In this document: one piece after another, positions 54,186-62,262 of the stretch
Layout of the letters: each line of letters starts with the position of its first letter
How positions within the stretch are numbered: position 1 is the first letter of the stretch
The notes under the pieces: generated by a model
What the model saw: the letters and a program-made list of their open reading frames with translations, nothing else
Database searches by the model: none
What the model was told of the DNA's origin: nothing
Source: Oscillospiraceae bacterium
GTDB lineage: Bacteria > Bacillota > Clostridia > Oscillospirales > CAG-272
DNA length: 64,000 nt
Assembly (NCBI GenBank): GCA_015063955.1
Contig: SVTD01000004.1
Span: 949-64,948 of the forward strand
Direction: 5' to 3'
Translations under genes and position numbers: made by a program

Positions 54186-55637
54186 ATGAAAAAGCTTATT
54201 TCCATAATCTCGATCATTCTCGCCCTTTTGCTCCTTTTGCCCTCCTGCACGAAAAAAACGGGCAGCGACGATTACGATCACGCCGCCGATTTCACAGAGG
54301 AGGACGGCGAGATCTACAAGAGCGTTCCCAAAGAGCGCTATAACGGATACGAATTCTGTATTCTCAATGCCCGCGCGGGAACTTCGGCGTCCGTAATGGA
54401 TGCCGATACCGTGGTCGGCGACAGTCTGAATGAGGCTCTTCTTCACAGAAACTTCAACGTAGAGGAGCGTCTCGGGATCACCGTCTCCGAGGTGCTCGAT
54501 ACTCCCGAAAAGGTTTTCGATATAGCAGTTTCCGCCTGCCTTTCAGGTGAGGAGACCTATGACGCCGTATGCAATTCTGCAAACCATATGGCAACGATGG
54601 CCGTTTGCGGCTACCTGGTCACAGACCTTGACCTCCCCGGGCTTGATCTTACGAAGCCCTGGTGGAACGAAAAGGCCGTAGATTCCTCCTGTGTGGATTC
54701 TGCAAGGTTCTTCTTTTTCGGCGATATCCAGCTTTCCTATTTCGATGCTCACAGCATGGTTGGTGTCAATATGGATATGGTATCCGACATCAGCGGAATG
54801 CCTGACCCCTACGATCTCGTTGACAACGGCAAATGGACGGTTGACGAGATGATCCGTATGATGAATATGGCAGACGCGGATATGGACGGAAACGGAAGCC
54901 TCACCTGGGAGGACCGCTACGGCGCCGCTCTTGACCGCTCGGGAGTTATTTCCCTGATCGTGGGATGCAATTCCTATATCTCCACCCGTGACGAATACGG
55001 CCTTCCCGAGCTGAGCTGCTTTACCGATGATAAGCTTTACGACGTTTACGCCCTTCTTTCCGATACTCTGTATTCGAGAAACGAGTATATTTACGATACC
55101 GTAAAGAACGAGGCTGACGGAATGAGCGCGGCGGCAATGTTTAAAAACGGCTATTCTCTCTTCCATATCACCACCGTAGGCGAGCTTGCAAATCTGAGAA
55201 CCATGGAATATGAGTTCGGCGTTCTCCCGATGCCCAAGTATTCGGAGAACCAGACGGATTATGTTTCCCTCATCCACGCTCCCGATGCAACTGCTGTGGG
55301 CGTTATGAAAACGGGCAGAGATCTGAGGAGAACCGGCGGCATTCTTGAAAACCTTGCCGCAGAATCCCACAGAGAAAAGGGCATCCGCCGCTGTTACGTT
55401 GATTCGGTGCTTTCATTCGTATACCTGAATGATGAAAAATCCAGAAAAAACCTTGATATAATACTCTCCTCCGGCGTATTTGAGCCCTCTCAGATCTACG
55501 GCTGGGGAGGCATCTGCGAAAAGATCAGCGAGATCGCAGGAAAAAAGGATATATACGCATCAAGCCTTGCCTCGGTAAGGCTCAAAGCCATCTCCGACGT
55601 CAGCGATACAATCGAAGAGGTCAACCGACACAGATAA
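54186..55637 (+). CDS. Lipoprotein, extracellular solute-binding-protein-like
   Basis: Lipobox ILALLLLLPSCTKK. Size and composition resemble ABC sugar-binding proteins. No permease genes are adjacent. Confidence 0.75.
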   Translation: MKKLISIISIILALLLLLPSCTKKTGSDDYDHAADFTEEDGEIYKSVPKERYNGYEFCILNARAGTSASVMDADTVVGDSLNEALLHRNFNVEERLGITVSEVLDTPEKVFDIAVSACLSGEETYDAVCNSANHMATMAVCGYLVTDLDLPGLDLTKPWWNEKAVDSSCVDSARFFFFGDIQLSYFDAHSMVGVNMDMVSDISGMPDPYDLVDNGKWTVDEMIRMMNMADADMDGNGSLTWEDRYGAALDRSGVISLIVGCNSYISTRDEYGLPELSCFTDDKLYDVYALLSDTLYSRNEYIYDTVKNEADGMSAAAMFKNGYSLFHITTVGELANLRTMEYEFGVLPMPKYSENQTDYVSLIHAPDATAVGVMKTGRDLRRTGGILENLAAESHREKGIRRCYVDSVLSFVYLNDEKSRKNLDIILSSGVFEPSQIYGWGGICEKISEIAGKKDIYASSLASVRLKAISDVSDTIEEVNRHR

Positions 55638-55682
55638 AAAATAATCCGCTTCAGGATACGAGCCTAAAGCGGATTTTTTTAT
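55636..55682. terminator. Bidirectional terminator
   Basis: AAAAAA-TAATCCGCTT-loop-AAGCGGATT-TTTTTT. Confidence 0.8.
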
Positions 55683-57121
55683 TTTGTTTTCCAAAGTCTG
55701 GGGGAGAAGAGGAGTATCATGGGGAACAGCTCAAGTCTGCCCAGAAGCATTGCAAAGGAAAGAACGATCTTTGAAAAAGGCGAATAAGCTGCAAAGCTTG
55801 ATGCAGGACCGACTGCGTCAAGTCCCGGGCCTACGTTATTGAAGCAGGCGGCGGTCGCAGTGAAATTCGTTTCAAAGGAGAAGGGCTCGAAGGAGAGCAA
55901 AAGGAAGATGATGACGAATATGAAAATATAGAGAGCAAAATAGTTGCTTGCGTTTTTCAGAACGGAGGAATCAACCTGCTTTCCGTCTATCTTTACGGTA
56001 TTTACGCTCTTAGGGGAAAGAAGATGACGAAGCTCGTTACGGAACATTTTTCCAAGCAGGATGATTCGGGAACACTTAAGACCGCCCGCGGTAGATCCCG
56101 CGCATCCTCCGAAAAACATAAGGATAATGAGTATAGCCTTTGAAAGCCCCGGCCAGAGGTTGAAGTCTACGGTGGAGAATCCTGACGTACTTATTATGGA
56201 TGCTACCTGGAAGGCGGAATATCTCACAGAATCTCCAACGTTTCCGTAGATGGAATAGATATTAACGGCAATAGTGGCAACGGAGGCAAGAAATACGCCC
56301 AAAAACACCCACAGCTCAAGATTTTTAAGTACAGACTTTAGGCGGCGGATGAGAAGGAGATAGTAAAGGTTGAAATTCAACGAGAACACTATCATAAAGG
56401 CGGTGATGACCCACTGACAGTAGGGGGAATAGCTGCCGATACTGTCTGCTCTTATACCGAAGCCGCCGGTGCCCGCAGTACCGAAGGAATGAATCAAGCT
56501 TTCAAACAGAGTCATTCCTCCGAAAAGGAGCATAATGACCTCAATAGCAGTGAGCCCTATATAAATGAGGTAGAGAACTCTTGCCGTATCCTTGGCTCTG
56601 GGAACGAGCTTTCCAACGATAGGGCCGGGAACCTCAGCTCTCATAATGTGAATGGATCTGTCGGAAACGCTGGGGATTATCGCCATGATAAATACGAGAA
56701 CTCCCATGCCGCCGATCCAGTGAGTGAAGCTTCGCCAGAAGAGCATACCGTGGCTGAGGGCCTCAACGTTCTTCACAACAGACGCGCCCGTGGTGGTAAA
56801 TCCGCTGACGGTCTCAAAAAACGCATCGACGTACGAGGGTATCTCGTGGCTCAGAAAGAAGGGAAGGGCGCCTACGGCTGAAAGGGCAAGCCAGGAAAGA
56901 GAAACGATGGCAAAGCCTTCCTTTGCGTAAATAACGTCATTCCTTTTTCTGCAAACGATCATCAGCGTACCGCCGACAGCAGCGGCAATGGCTGCCGATA
57001 TAATGAAATGAAGCGCTGTGTTTTCCTTATATATGATGCCTACAAGGGTAGGAAGCAAAAACAGCACTGCCTCCAGCAACAAAAGCTGTCCGAGGGTGTA
57101 AAAAACCTTTTTGCGATTCAT
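55679..57121 (-). CDS. trkH: TrkH/KtrB-family K+ uptake membrane subunit
   Basis: Repeated M1-P-M2 modules with GFTTTGAS, GTAGTGGFG and TSGFSTVD selectivity-filter-like segments. Confidence 0.92.
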   Translation of the reverse strand: MNRKKVFYTLGQLLLLEAVLFLLPTLVGIIYKENTALHFIISAAIAAAVGGTLMIVCRKRNDVIYAKEGFAIVSLSWLALSAVGALPFFLSHEIPSYVDAFFETVSGFTTTGASVVKNVEALSHGMLFWRSFTHWIGGMGVLVFIMAIIPSVSDRSIHIMRAEVPGPIVGKLVPRAKDTARVLYLIYIGLTAIEVIMLLFGGMTLFESLIHSFGTAGTGGFGIRADSIGSYSPYCQWVITAFMIVFSLNFNLYYLLLIRRLKSVLKNLELWVFLGVFLASVATIAVNIYSIYGNVGDSVRYSAFQVASIISTSGFSTVDFNLWPGLSKAILIILMFFGGCAGSTAGGLKCSRIILLGKMFRNELRHLLSPKSVNTVKIDGKQVDSSVLKNASNYFALYIFIFVIIFLLLSFEPFSFETNFTATAACFNNVGPGLDAVGPASSFAAYSPFSKIVLSFAMLLGRLELFPMILLFSPRLWKTK

Positions 57122-57129
57122 AATCTACC

Positions 57130-58488
57130 TTATCTTACAATGTCCGCAAGGTCAGTCATCTTCTTGCCTGCGGTGAGGATAACTACTTTATCTCCGGGGA
57201 GAATGCAGTCATCACCCATAGGGATGATGGTCTTTCTTCCTCTGATTATGCCTGCCACGAGGGTGTTGGGCTTGAGCTTCAGATCCTTCAGGGCTACGTG
57301 GGTATACTTCGTATCGTTCTGAGCCTCAAATTCAAGGGCCTCTGCGGCACCGCCCATAAGCTTGTAAAGAGTTTCGATCTTGCTGCCGAGAGAATTCTTC
57401 AAGGCTCTCGCATATCCGACGAATATATCGGCAACAAGCTTTCTGGGGGATATTATTGTATCAAGCCCCATCTTTTCCGCAATAAGCTCAAATTCATCGC
57501 GGTTTACCTTGGAGATTACCTTGGGAACGTTCTTTGAAGCGGCTGAATATGCAAGAAGGATATTTTCCTCGTCCATTCCCGTAAGGGAAACGAAGGCATC
57601 CGTATGCTCAAGACCTGCCTCAAGGAGGAGATCAAGGTCGGCGCCGTCGCCGTGGATGATGGTAGCACCGCTGAGAGACTCGCTCATTTCGCGGCAACGC
57701 TGGAGATCTCTTTCAACGATGGTAACACGGGTGTTCCCTCCGAGGAGAAGCTTGGCAAGATAATAAGTGGTTCTTCCCGCGCCGACGATAATAACGCTCT
57801 TTGCCTGCTTCTGGGTAACGTTAAGGCTCTTCAGAAGCTTCATAAGCTCTGTGGGAGATGCGGTGATACCGATCTTGTCGTTCGCCGCAAGGGTAAAGGT
57901 ACCGTCGGGAACAAACACCTTGTCATCTCGCTTGACGATACCGACAAGATACTGTCCGGGATACTTTTTTCTCATATCCATAAGACGCATTCCGCAAAGG
58001 AGGGAATCTGCCTTGAGGCGGATCTCTGCGATCTCAAGATTTCGGCGTGAGAATGATTCCACGTTTACAGCCGTGGGGAGCTTGAGCATATTATAAAGCT
58101 CGCGAGCAGCAAGAAGCTCGGGGTTGATGGCCATTTCAAGCTCCAGAAACTGGCGCAAAAGACCGAGGCTGCGGTCGTTATATTCAGGATTTCTGATTCT
58201 GGCAACGATATTTGAAGCGCCCATCTTTTTTGCAACGAAGCAGGAGAGCATATTTATCTCATCGCTGTCGGTCATAGCAACGAATAGATCGGCCTTTTCA
58301 ACGCTTGCCTCCTCGAGGGCATCGCTGTCAGCCGCATTACCCTCAACGGTAATGATGTCGAACATATCAGTGATGGCTTCAAGGGGTTTGGGGTTTGTAT
58401 CAATTGCGGTAATGCTGTGACCTTCAGCTGTAAGGCTTGCAATAATGGTTCTGCCAACCTTGCCGCAACCTGCGATTACAATGTTCAT
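57130..58488 (-). CDS. trkA: TrkA K+ uptake NAD-binding subunit (two RCK units)
   Basis: MNIVIAGCGKVGRTI and IIVGAGRTTYYLAK Rossmann motifs. Start at 58488. Confidence 0.92.
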   Translation of the reverse strand: MNIVIAGCGKVGRTIIASLTAEGHSITAIDTNPKPLEAITDMFDIITVEGNAADSDALEEASVEKADLFVAMTDSDEINMLSCFVAKKMGASNIVARIRNPEYNDRSLGLLRQFLELEMAINPELLAARELYNMLKLPTAVNVESFSRRNLEIAEIRLKADSLLCGMRLMDMRKKYPGQYLVGIVKRDDKVFVPDGTFTLAANDKIGITASPTELMKLLKSLNVTQKQAKSVIIVGAGRTTYYLAKLLLGGNTRVTIVERDLQRCREMSESLSGATIIHGDGADLDLLLEAGLEHTDAFVSLTGMDEENILLAYSAASKNVPKVISKVNRDEFELIAEKMGLDTIISPRKLVADIFVGYARALKNSLGSKIETLYKLMGGAAEALEFEAQNDTKYTHVALKDLKLKPNTLVAGIIRGRKTIIPMGDDCILPGDKVVILTAGKKMTDLADIVR

Positions 58489-58647
58489 ATATTTTACCTT
58501 TAGTAAAGTGAATTGGCTTTTAATTAAACTATAGTATATCACAATCGTTTCTGTCTTTCAACAGTATTTGCAAATTTCCGATTCCTTTGCGCGTTATATT
58601 AAAGATATTTCTTTTTTCGATATGTAACCGGTTATACAGTAAAACAG

Positions 58648-58773
58648 ATGACAGAACGTGAGAGCGTGACCGAACAACTCAAAGCAGACAATCAAATGGA
58701 GTGGGTCGATCGGATGAATAATATCCATAGCAGAGCCATCGAAGTTGTGAATAAAGAAGTGATTTATTCGTAA
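58648..58773 (+). pseudogene. C-terminal fragment of a TnpV-family (transposon/ICE-associated) protein
   Basis: MTERESVTEQLKADNQMEWVDRMNNIHSRAIEVVNKEVIYS matches the conserved TnpV C-terminus (..GVTEQLKAxNQMxWVxxMNNIxxRAxEIVxxExIY). The frame is closed upstream by a stop at 58600. Confidence 0.6.
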
Positions 58774-58778
58774 AGGAA

Positions 58779-58817
58779 AAGTGGGGCGGCAATATAATGT
58801 TGCTGTCCCACTTTTTC
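58779..58817. terminator. Bidirectional terminator
   Basis: 13-bp stem AGTGGGGCGGCAA-tataatg-TTGCTGTCCCACT flanked by A- and T-tracts. Confidence 0.6.
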
Positions 58818-58821
58818 GCTT

Positions 58822-59037
58822 TTATGCTATTTCTTTTGAAATAAGTCTGTAATAATGACGTTCGATTTCCTCTACGGTGTTGATGCGGTGTAACAAAACA
58901 TCGTATTTTTTAACGATAGACATTTGTCCATCAATGCTTGGAATATCTAATTTTGTATAAGTAAAAAATCCCGTCATATTCCAAGTTCCATTATCCGAGT
59001 TTGAAGCATATGATAGAAAATCTTGTTTATATTGCAA
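58822..59037 (-). CDS. Orphan 71-aa ORF, possibly a gene remnant (HsdS-like C-terminal segment?)
   Basis: TTG start with no convincing RBS. DIPSIDGQMSIVKKYDVLLHRINTVEEIE resembles the conserved IPxLxEQxxIvxxLdxll helix of type I specificity subunits. This is a weak call. Confidence 0.3.
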   Translation of the reverse strand: MQYKQDFLSYASNSDNGTWNMTGFFTYTKLDIPSIDGQMSIVKKYDVLLHRINTVEEIERHYYRLISKEIA

Positions 59038-59167
59038 CGAAAGCCATTTAAATTGATTTCATATGGTAGTATCGTTTACAATTTGGCGAAAAGGAATGCT
59101 TAACTGTGCTACCAACACTTCATTTATGAGTCGGCTAACCGAGAGAGCTTCCTGTTTCTTTTGCTTT

Positions 59168-60085
59168 TTAGCCATTGTTGTTTCCTCCAATTACCCATTC
59201 ATTTTGATTTGCAGACCATTGTTCAGAAAAAGCTTTATTCTCTATTGCCGCTGTAAACGGTTTTGCAAGAAATGCTTTTATTGTTTTAAGTACGGTGCTA
59301 TAGTCATCGGTCTTTGTGTCGATTTTACGAACAAAAGCCTTCCATTTCTTTTGCATTGCTATATCATCATCGAAGTTCATAACCTGTTCGAACTGTTCAA
59401 CGGTAAAAGTATGTTCACGATTGGCAAAGGTTTTTCTCAGTGCTTCGGTCAGCACTTTGCCATCAAAATCAAATTTGTTAGCAATATAATAAATATCGTA
59501 ATAATCCTTCATTCGGCTTGAAAATTCCATAAGGCTGAGAATGGCGTCTATCTTCTCAGCAATGGTGGTTTCAACGGAATAGGTATTAACTATAGGCGCA
59601 TCAAAATCCGAAAGTTGTGTTGGGATCTTGCGCTTTTCTTGTTTCGGTACAATAACATCACCGACGCCAAAATCAATACTGAACGGTGTTTTAGTGTTCT
59701 TAATACGAGCGACTACTGAGGCACCAATGCCTGCATACTTTTTCGCAACAGCAATAGGCGCAACATCTTTAATCTCAAAGTTCACAAAGTCATTACTGGT
59801 ATGAACCTCTATAATCTCTTCAAGAATTGATTTTAACTGTTCAGGGGTGTTGGGCATTTGACGGAGTAAAAAGTCCACATCAACAGTTACTCGGCTATCA
59901 AAATTGGTAAGGGAATAGATGAATAAACCGCCCTTAAGCACAAGATTTTCTGCATATTTCGATTTTTCTAAACGGCGCAGAAATTCCTCTTGGCAAAAGA
60001 GCTGCAGGCAAAGCTGATAGCTTCTTCCACTTTCAGCAGCTTTATTTTTAAGTCGTGCAAGCACGGATGCAGCCATATCAGCCAT
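59168..60085 (-). CDS. abiEii: AbiEii/AbiGii-family nucleotidyltransferase toxin (type IV TA)
   Basis: SVLARLKNKAAESGRSYQLCLQLFCQEEFLRRL, NTase motif LVLKGG...VTVDVDF. About 300 aa. It overlaps the upstream antitoxin gene by 8 nt. Confidence 0.88.
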   Translation of the reverse strand: MADMAASVLARLKNKAAESGRSYQLCLQLFCQEEFLRRLEKSKYAENLVLKGGLFIYSLTNFDSRVTVDVDFLLRQMPNTPEQLKSILEEIIEVHTSNDFVNFEIKDVAPIAVAKKYAGIGASVVARIKNTKTPFSIDFGVGDVIVPKQEKRKIPTQLSDFDAPIVNTYSVETTIAEKIDAILSLMEFSSRMKDYYDIYYIANKFDFDGKVLTEALRKTFANREHTFTVEQFEQVMNFDDDIAMQKKWKAFVRKIDTKTDDYSTVLKTIKAFLAKPFTAAIENKAFSEQWSANQNEWVIGGNNNG

Positions 60086-60683
60086 TGAGCAGTACCTCCA
60101 TCAATTCTGTGACCCTTTTATACACACGCAGTTTTTTTGCATAGACAGAAAGGTTTTTTAGATTTTTCTTCTTATCATTAGCATAGGCATTAAGTGCCTT
60201 GTTAAAGATTTCATTATCAAGTCGTGAACGGTATTTGAAGCAATCACAAATCGTGCGCTCACGATCATATACAGAAAGAATAACTCCGTCAAAGTTGTCG
60301 GTGGTTTTTCCCAACTCATACAGTTCGGGTTGCACATAATAAGGTTGCAGAGCGAGTACATCCACATCCAGTTTTGTTCTCGACATAGAACGTGGTATGG
60401 CTATAGACCATTTGCGAGGAGCAAAATCGCTATATCCATAATGAAAAAGAGCTGATTCAACGCACACTATTCCTTTCGGAATGAGAGTGGCAAGCAATTG
60501 CTCTTCGGAAGAAGTATCGTGTTCAGCCAGTTTATAATAACCGTGACGTACACGATCAAGATAACCGGTATTGCACATATTTACTACATCAACAGCTCTG
60601 ATACCAGCAGCAACAAAATCAGCGGATTTGGCTATACCGCCTTTGTTTGTTATAACTTCTTTAGCAAGTTCTCGGATGTCCAC
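60078..60683 (-). CDS. abiEi: AbiEi-family antitoxin / transcriptional autoregulator
   Basis: N-terminal wHTH-like GGIAKSADFVAAGIRAVDVVNMCNTGYLDRVRHGYYKL. GTG start after a GAAGGTG RBS. Confidence 0.85.
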   Translation of the reverse strand: MDIRELAKEVITNKGGIAKSADFVAAGIRAVDVVNMCNTGYLDRVRHGYYKLAEHDTSSEEQLLATLIPKGIVCVESALFHYGYSDFAPRKWSIAIPRSMSRTKLDVDVLALQPYYVQPELYELGKTTDNFDGVILSVYDRERTICDCFKYRSRLDNEIFNKALNAYANDKKKNLKNLSVYAKKLRVYKRVTELMEVLLNG

Positions 60684-60703
60684 TCATTCACCTTCTTTCA
60701 TCA

Positions 60704-60810
60704 AAAAATCACGCACAAAAACAGTGCAATTGTGTTCGGATTTTATTATAACACTTAAAATAAAAAAATGCAATAAAAATCACGCACAAATTCGTGGAAT
60801 CTGTGCGTGA
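60704..60810. promoter_or_regulatory. Candidate AbiEi operator: three copies of TCACGCACA (two direct, one inverted) bracketing the promoter
   Basis: AAAAATCACGCACAAA at 60704-60719 and 60775-60790. TGTGCGTGA at 60802-60810 forms a perfect 9-bp inverted repeat with 60780-60788. Confidence 0.5.
60745..60773 (-). promoter_or_regulatory. abiE promoter
   Basis: Minus strand: TTGCAT, 17 nt, TGt-TATAAT. Confidence 0.55.
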
Positions 60811-60896
60811 AATTAAATGTAGAATATTTTAAACTGATTAGCAATCCCATAAATCCGAAAAATATTCAAACCCCGTCGTAAATTTCTTGATTTATC

Positions 60897-61058
60897 TTAA
60901 TCTTCTTTTTTGAAGTTATCCTTGCCCACTCCGCATAACGGACAGACAAAATCCTCGGGGAGATCCTCGAATTTTGTACCCGGGGCAATTTCGCATTCGG
61001 GACAGCCCGCTTCCTCGTCATATTCCCATCCGCATATTTCACATACGTATCGGCTCAT
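60897..61058 (-). CDS. Rubredoxin
   Basis: YVCEICGWEYDE...FVCPLCGVGKDNF (two CxxCG knuckles). Start at 61058 after a GAGGTG RBS. Confidence 0.92.
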   Translation of the reverse strand: MSRYVCEICGWEYDEEAGCPECEIAPGTKFEDLPEDFVCPLCGVGKDNFKKED

Positions 61059-61243
61059 TATATCACCTCGCTTTTTCATTATTATGTACATATTTCAGGC
61101 TTTTATCCGCATTAATAATCGGTACGTAATTGACCTTGGATCAATAATATGCTACAATTGATTAACGGTATTTTCCTGCGGAATATCAGCTTTTTGCGGG
61201 AGATACTATGATAATGACCCTACGTTAAGAAAGGATGTTTTTT

Positions 61244-62224
61244 ATGAAGATCGCTTTTTTTGATACAAAGACCTACGATAAGCCCTCCTTTGACAAGTAT
61301 GCCGAAAGGGCAGGGATCACTATGAAATATTTTGAAACCAAGCTTACTGAGGATACGGCGTCCCTTGCTCAGGGCTTTGACGGCGTTTGCGTATTTGTAA
61401 ACGATACAGTATCCGCTCTCGTTATTGATATACTCCTCGAGCAGGGCTGTAAGTTTATTGCTCTCAGATGTGCCGGCTTCAATAACGTGGATTTCAAGCA
61501 TCTTGCGGGAAGAATGCCTGTTTTCAACGTTCCCGCCTATTCCCCACACTCCGTTGCAGAGCACGCAATGGCAATGCTCCTCACCTCTATCAGAAGAATA
61601 CACAAGGCGTATATCCGCACCCGCGATTTCAATTTCAGCCTTAACGGAATGACAGGCTTTGACCTTCACTCAAAAACCGTAGGCGTTGTGGGTACGGGAA
61701 AGATAGGAAGGTGCTTTATCGATATCTGCCGCGGATTTGGAATGAAGGTGCTTGCATACGATAAGTATCCCGCAGATATTCCCGACGTTACCTACGTTGA
61801 TAAGGATACTCTTTTCAGAGAAAGTGATATTATTTCACTTCATTGCCCCCTCACGGATGATACCTATCATATGATCGATGATGATGCCATCGCCAAAATG
61901 AAGAAGAGGGCTATCATAATCAATACCTCAAGAGGGGCTCTTATCGATGCCGCGGCTCTGCTTGCCGCCATTAAGGAGCGACGCCTCGGCGGTGCCTGCC
62001 TGGACGTTTACGAGGATGAAAACGATCTCTTTTTCGAGGATTATTCAAACCATATCGTTTCCGATGACGTGCTTGCAAGACTTATTTCCATGCCCAACGT
62101 GATCGTTACCTCCCACCAGGCGTTCCTTACAGAGGAGGCTCTTGATAATATTGCACAAACCACGATCGAGAACGTTCTGTGCTACCTGACAGAGGGCTGC
62201 GATAAGAACAGAGTTATAGTATAA
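61244..62224 (+). CDS. ldhA: D-lactate dehydrogenase / D-2-hydroxyacid dehydrogenase
   Basis: Collinear with E. coli LdhA as I recall it: [59 protein letters not shown]. Confidence 0.88.
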   Translation: MKIAFFDTKTYDKPSFDKYAERAGITMKYFETKLTEDTASLAQGFDGVCVFVNDTVSALVIDILLEQGCKFIALRCAGFNNVDFKHLAGRMPVFNVPAYSPHSVAEHAMAMLLTSIRRIHKAYIRTRDFNFSLNGMTGFDLHSKTVGVVGTGKIGRCFIDICRGFGMKVLAYDKYPADIPDVTYVDKDTLFRESDIISLHCPLTDDTYHMIDDDAIAKMKKRAIIINTSRGALIDAAALLAAIKERRLGGACLDVYEDENDLFFEDYSNHIVSDDVLARLISMPNVIVTSHQAFLTEEALDNIAQTTIENVLCYLTEGCDKNRVIV

Positions 62225-62262
62225 AAAACAGAAACCGGAATGCGTGTATGAAAGGAGGAAAT

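Larger units (their letters stand above)
58600..60890. mobile_element. AT-richer accessory islet (decayed mobile-element cargo) carrying AbiE
   Basis: Base composition and codon usage are visibly more A/T-rich than the flanks. It contains a TnpV C-terminal fragment, an orphan gene fragment and an AbiEi/AbiEii pair. It is bounded by the trkA promoter and the rubredoxin 3' end. I found no integrase or clear flanking repeats. Confidence 0.45.

Noticed and set aside
59063-59521. 152-aa plus-strand ORF in the islet
   Set aside because: It is antisense to abiEii, whose NTase motifs are clear. It has A/T-rich low-complexity translation.
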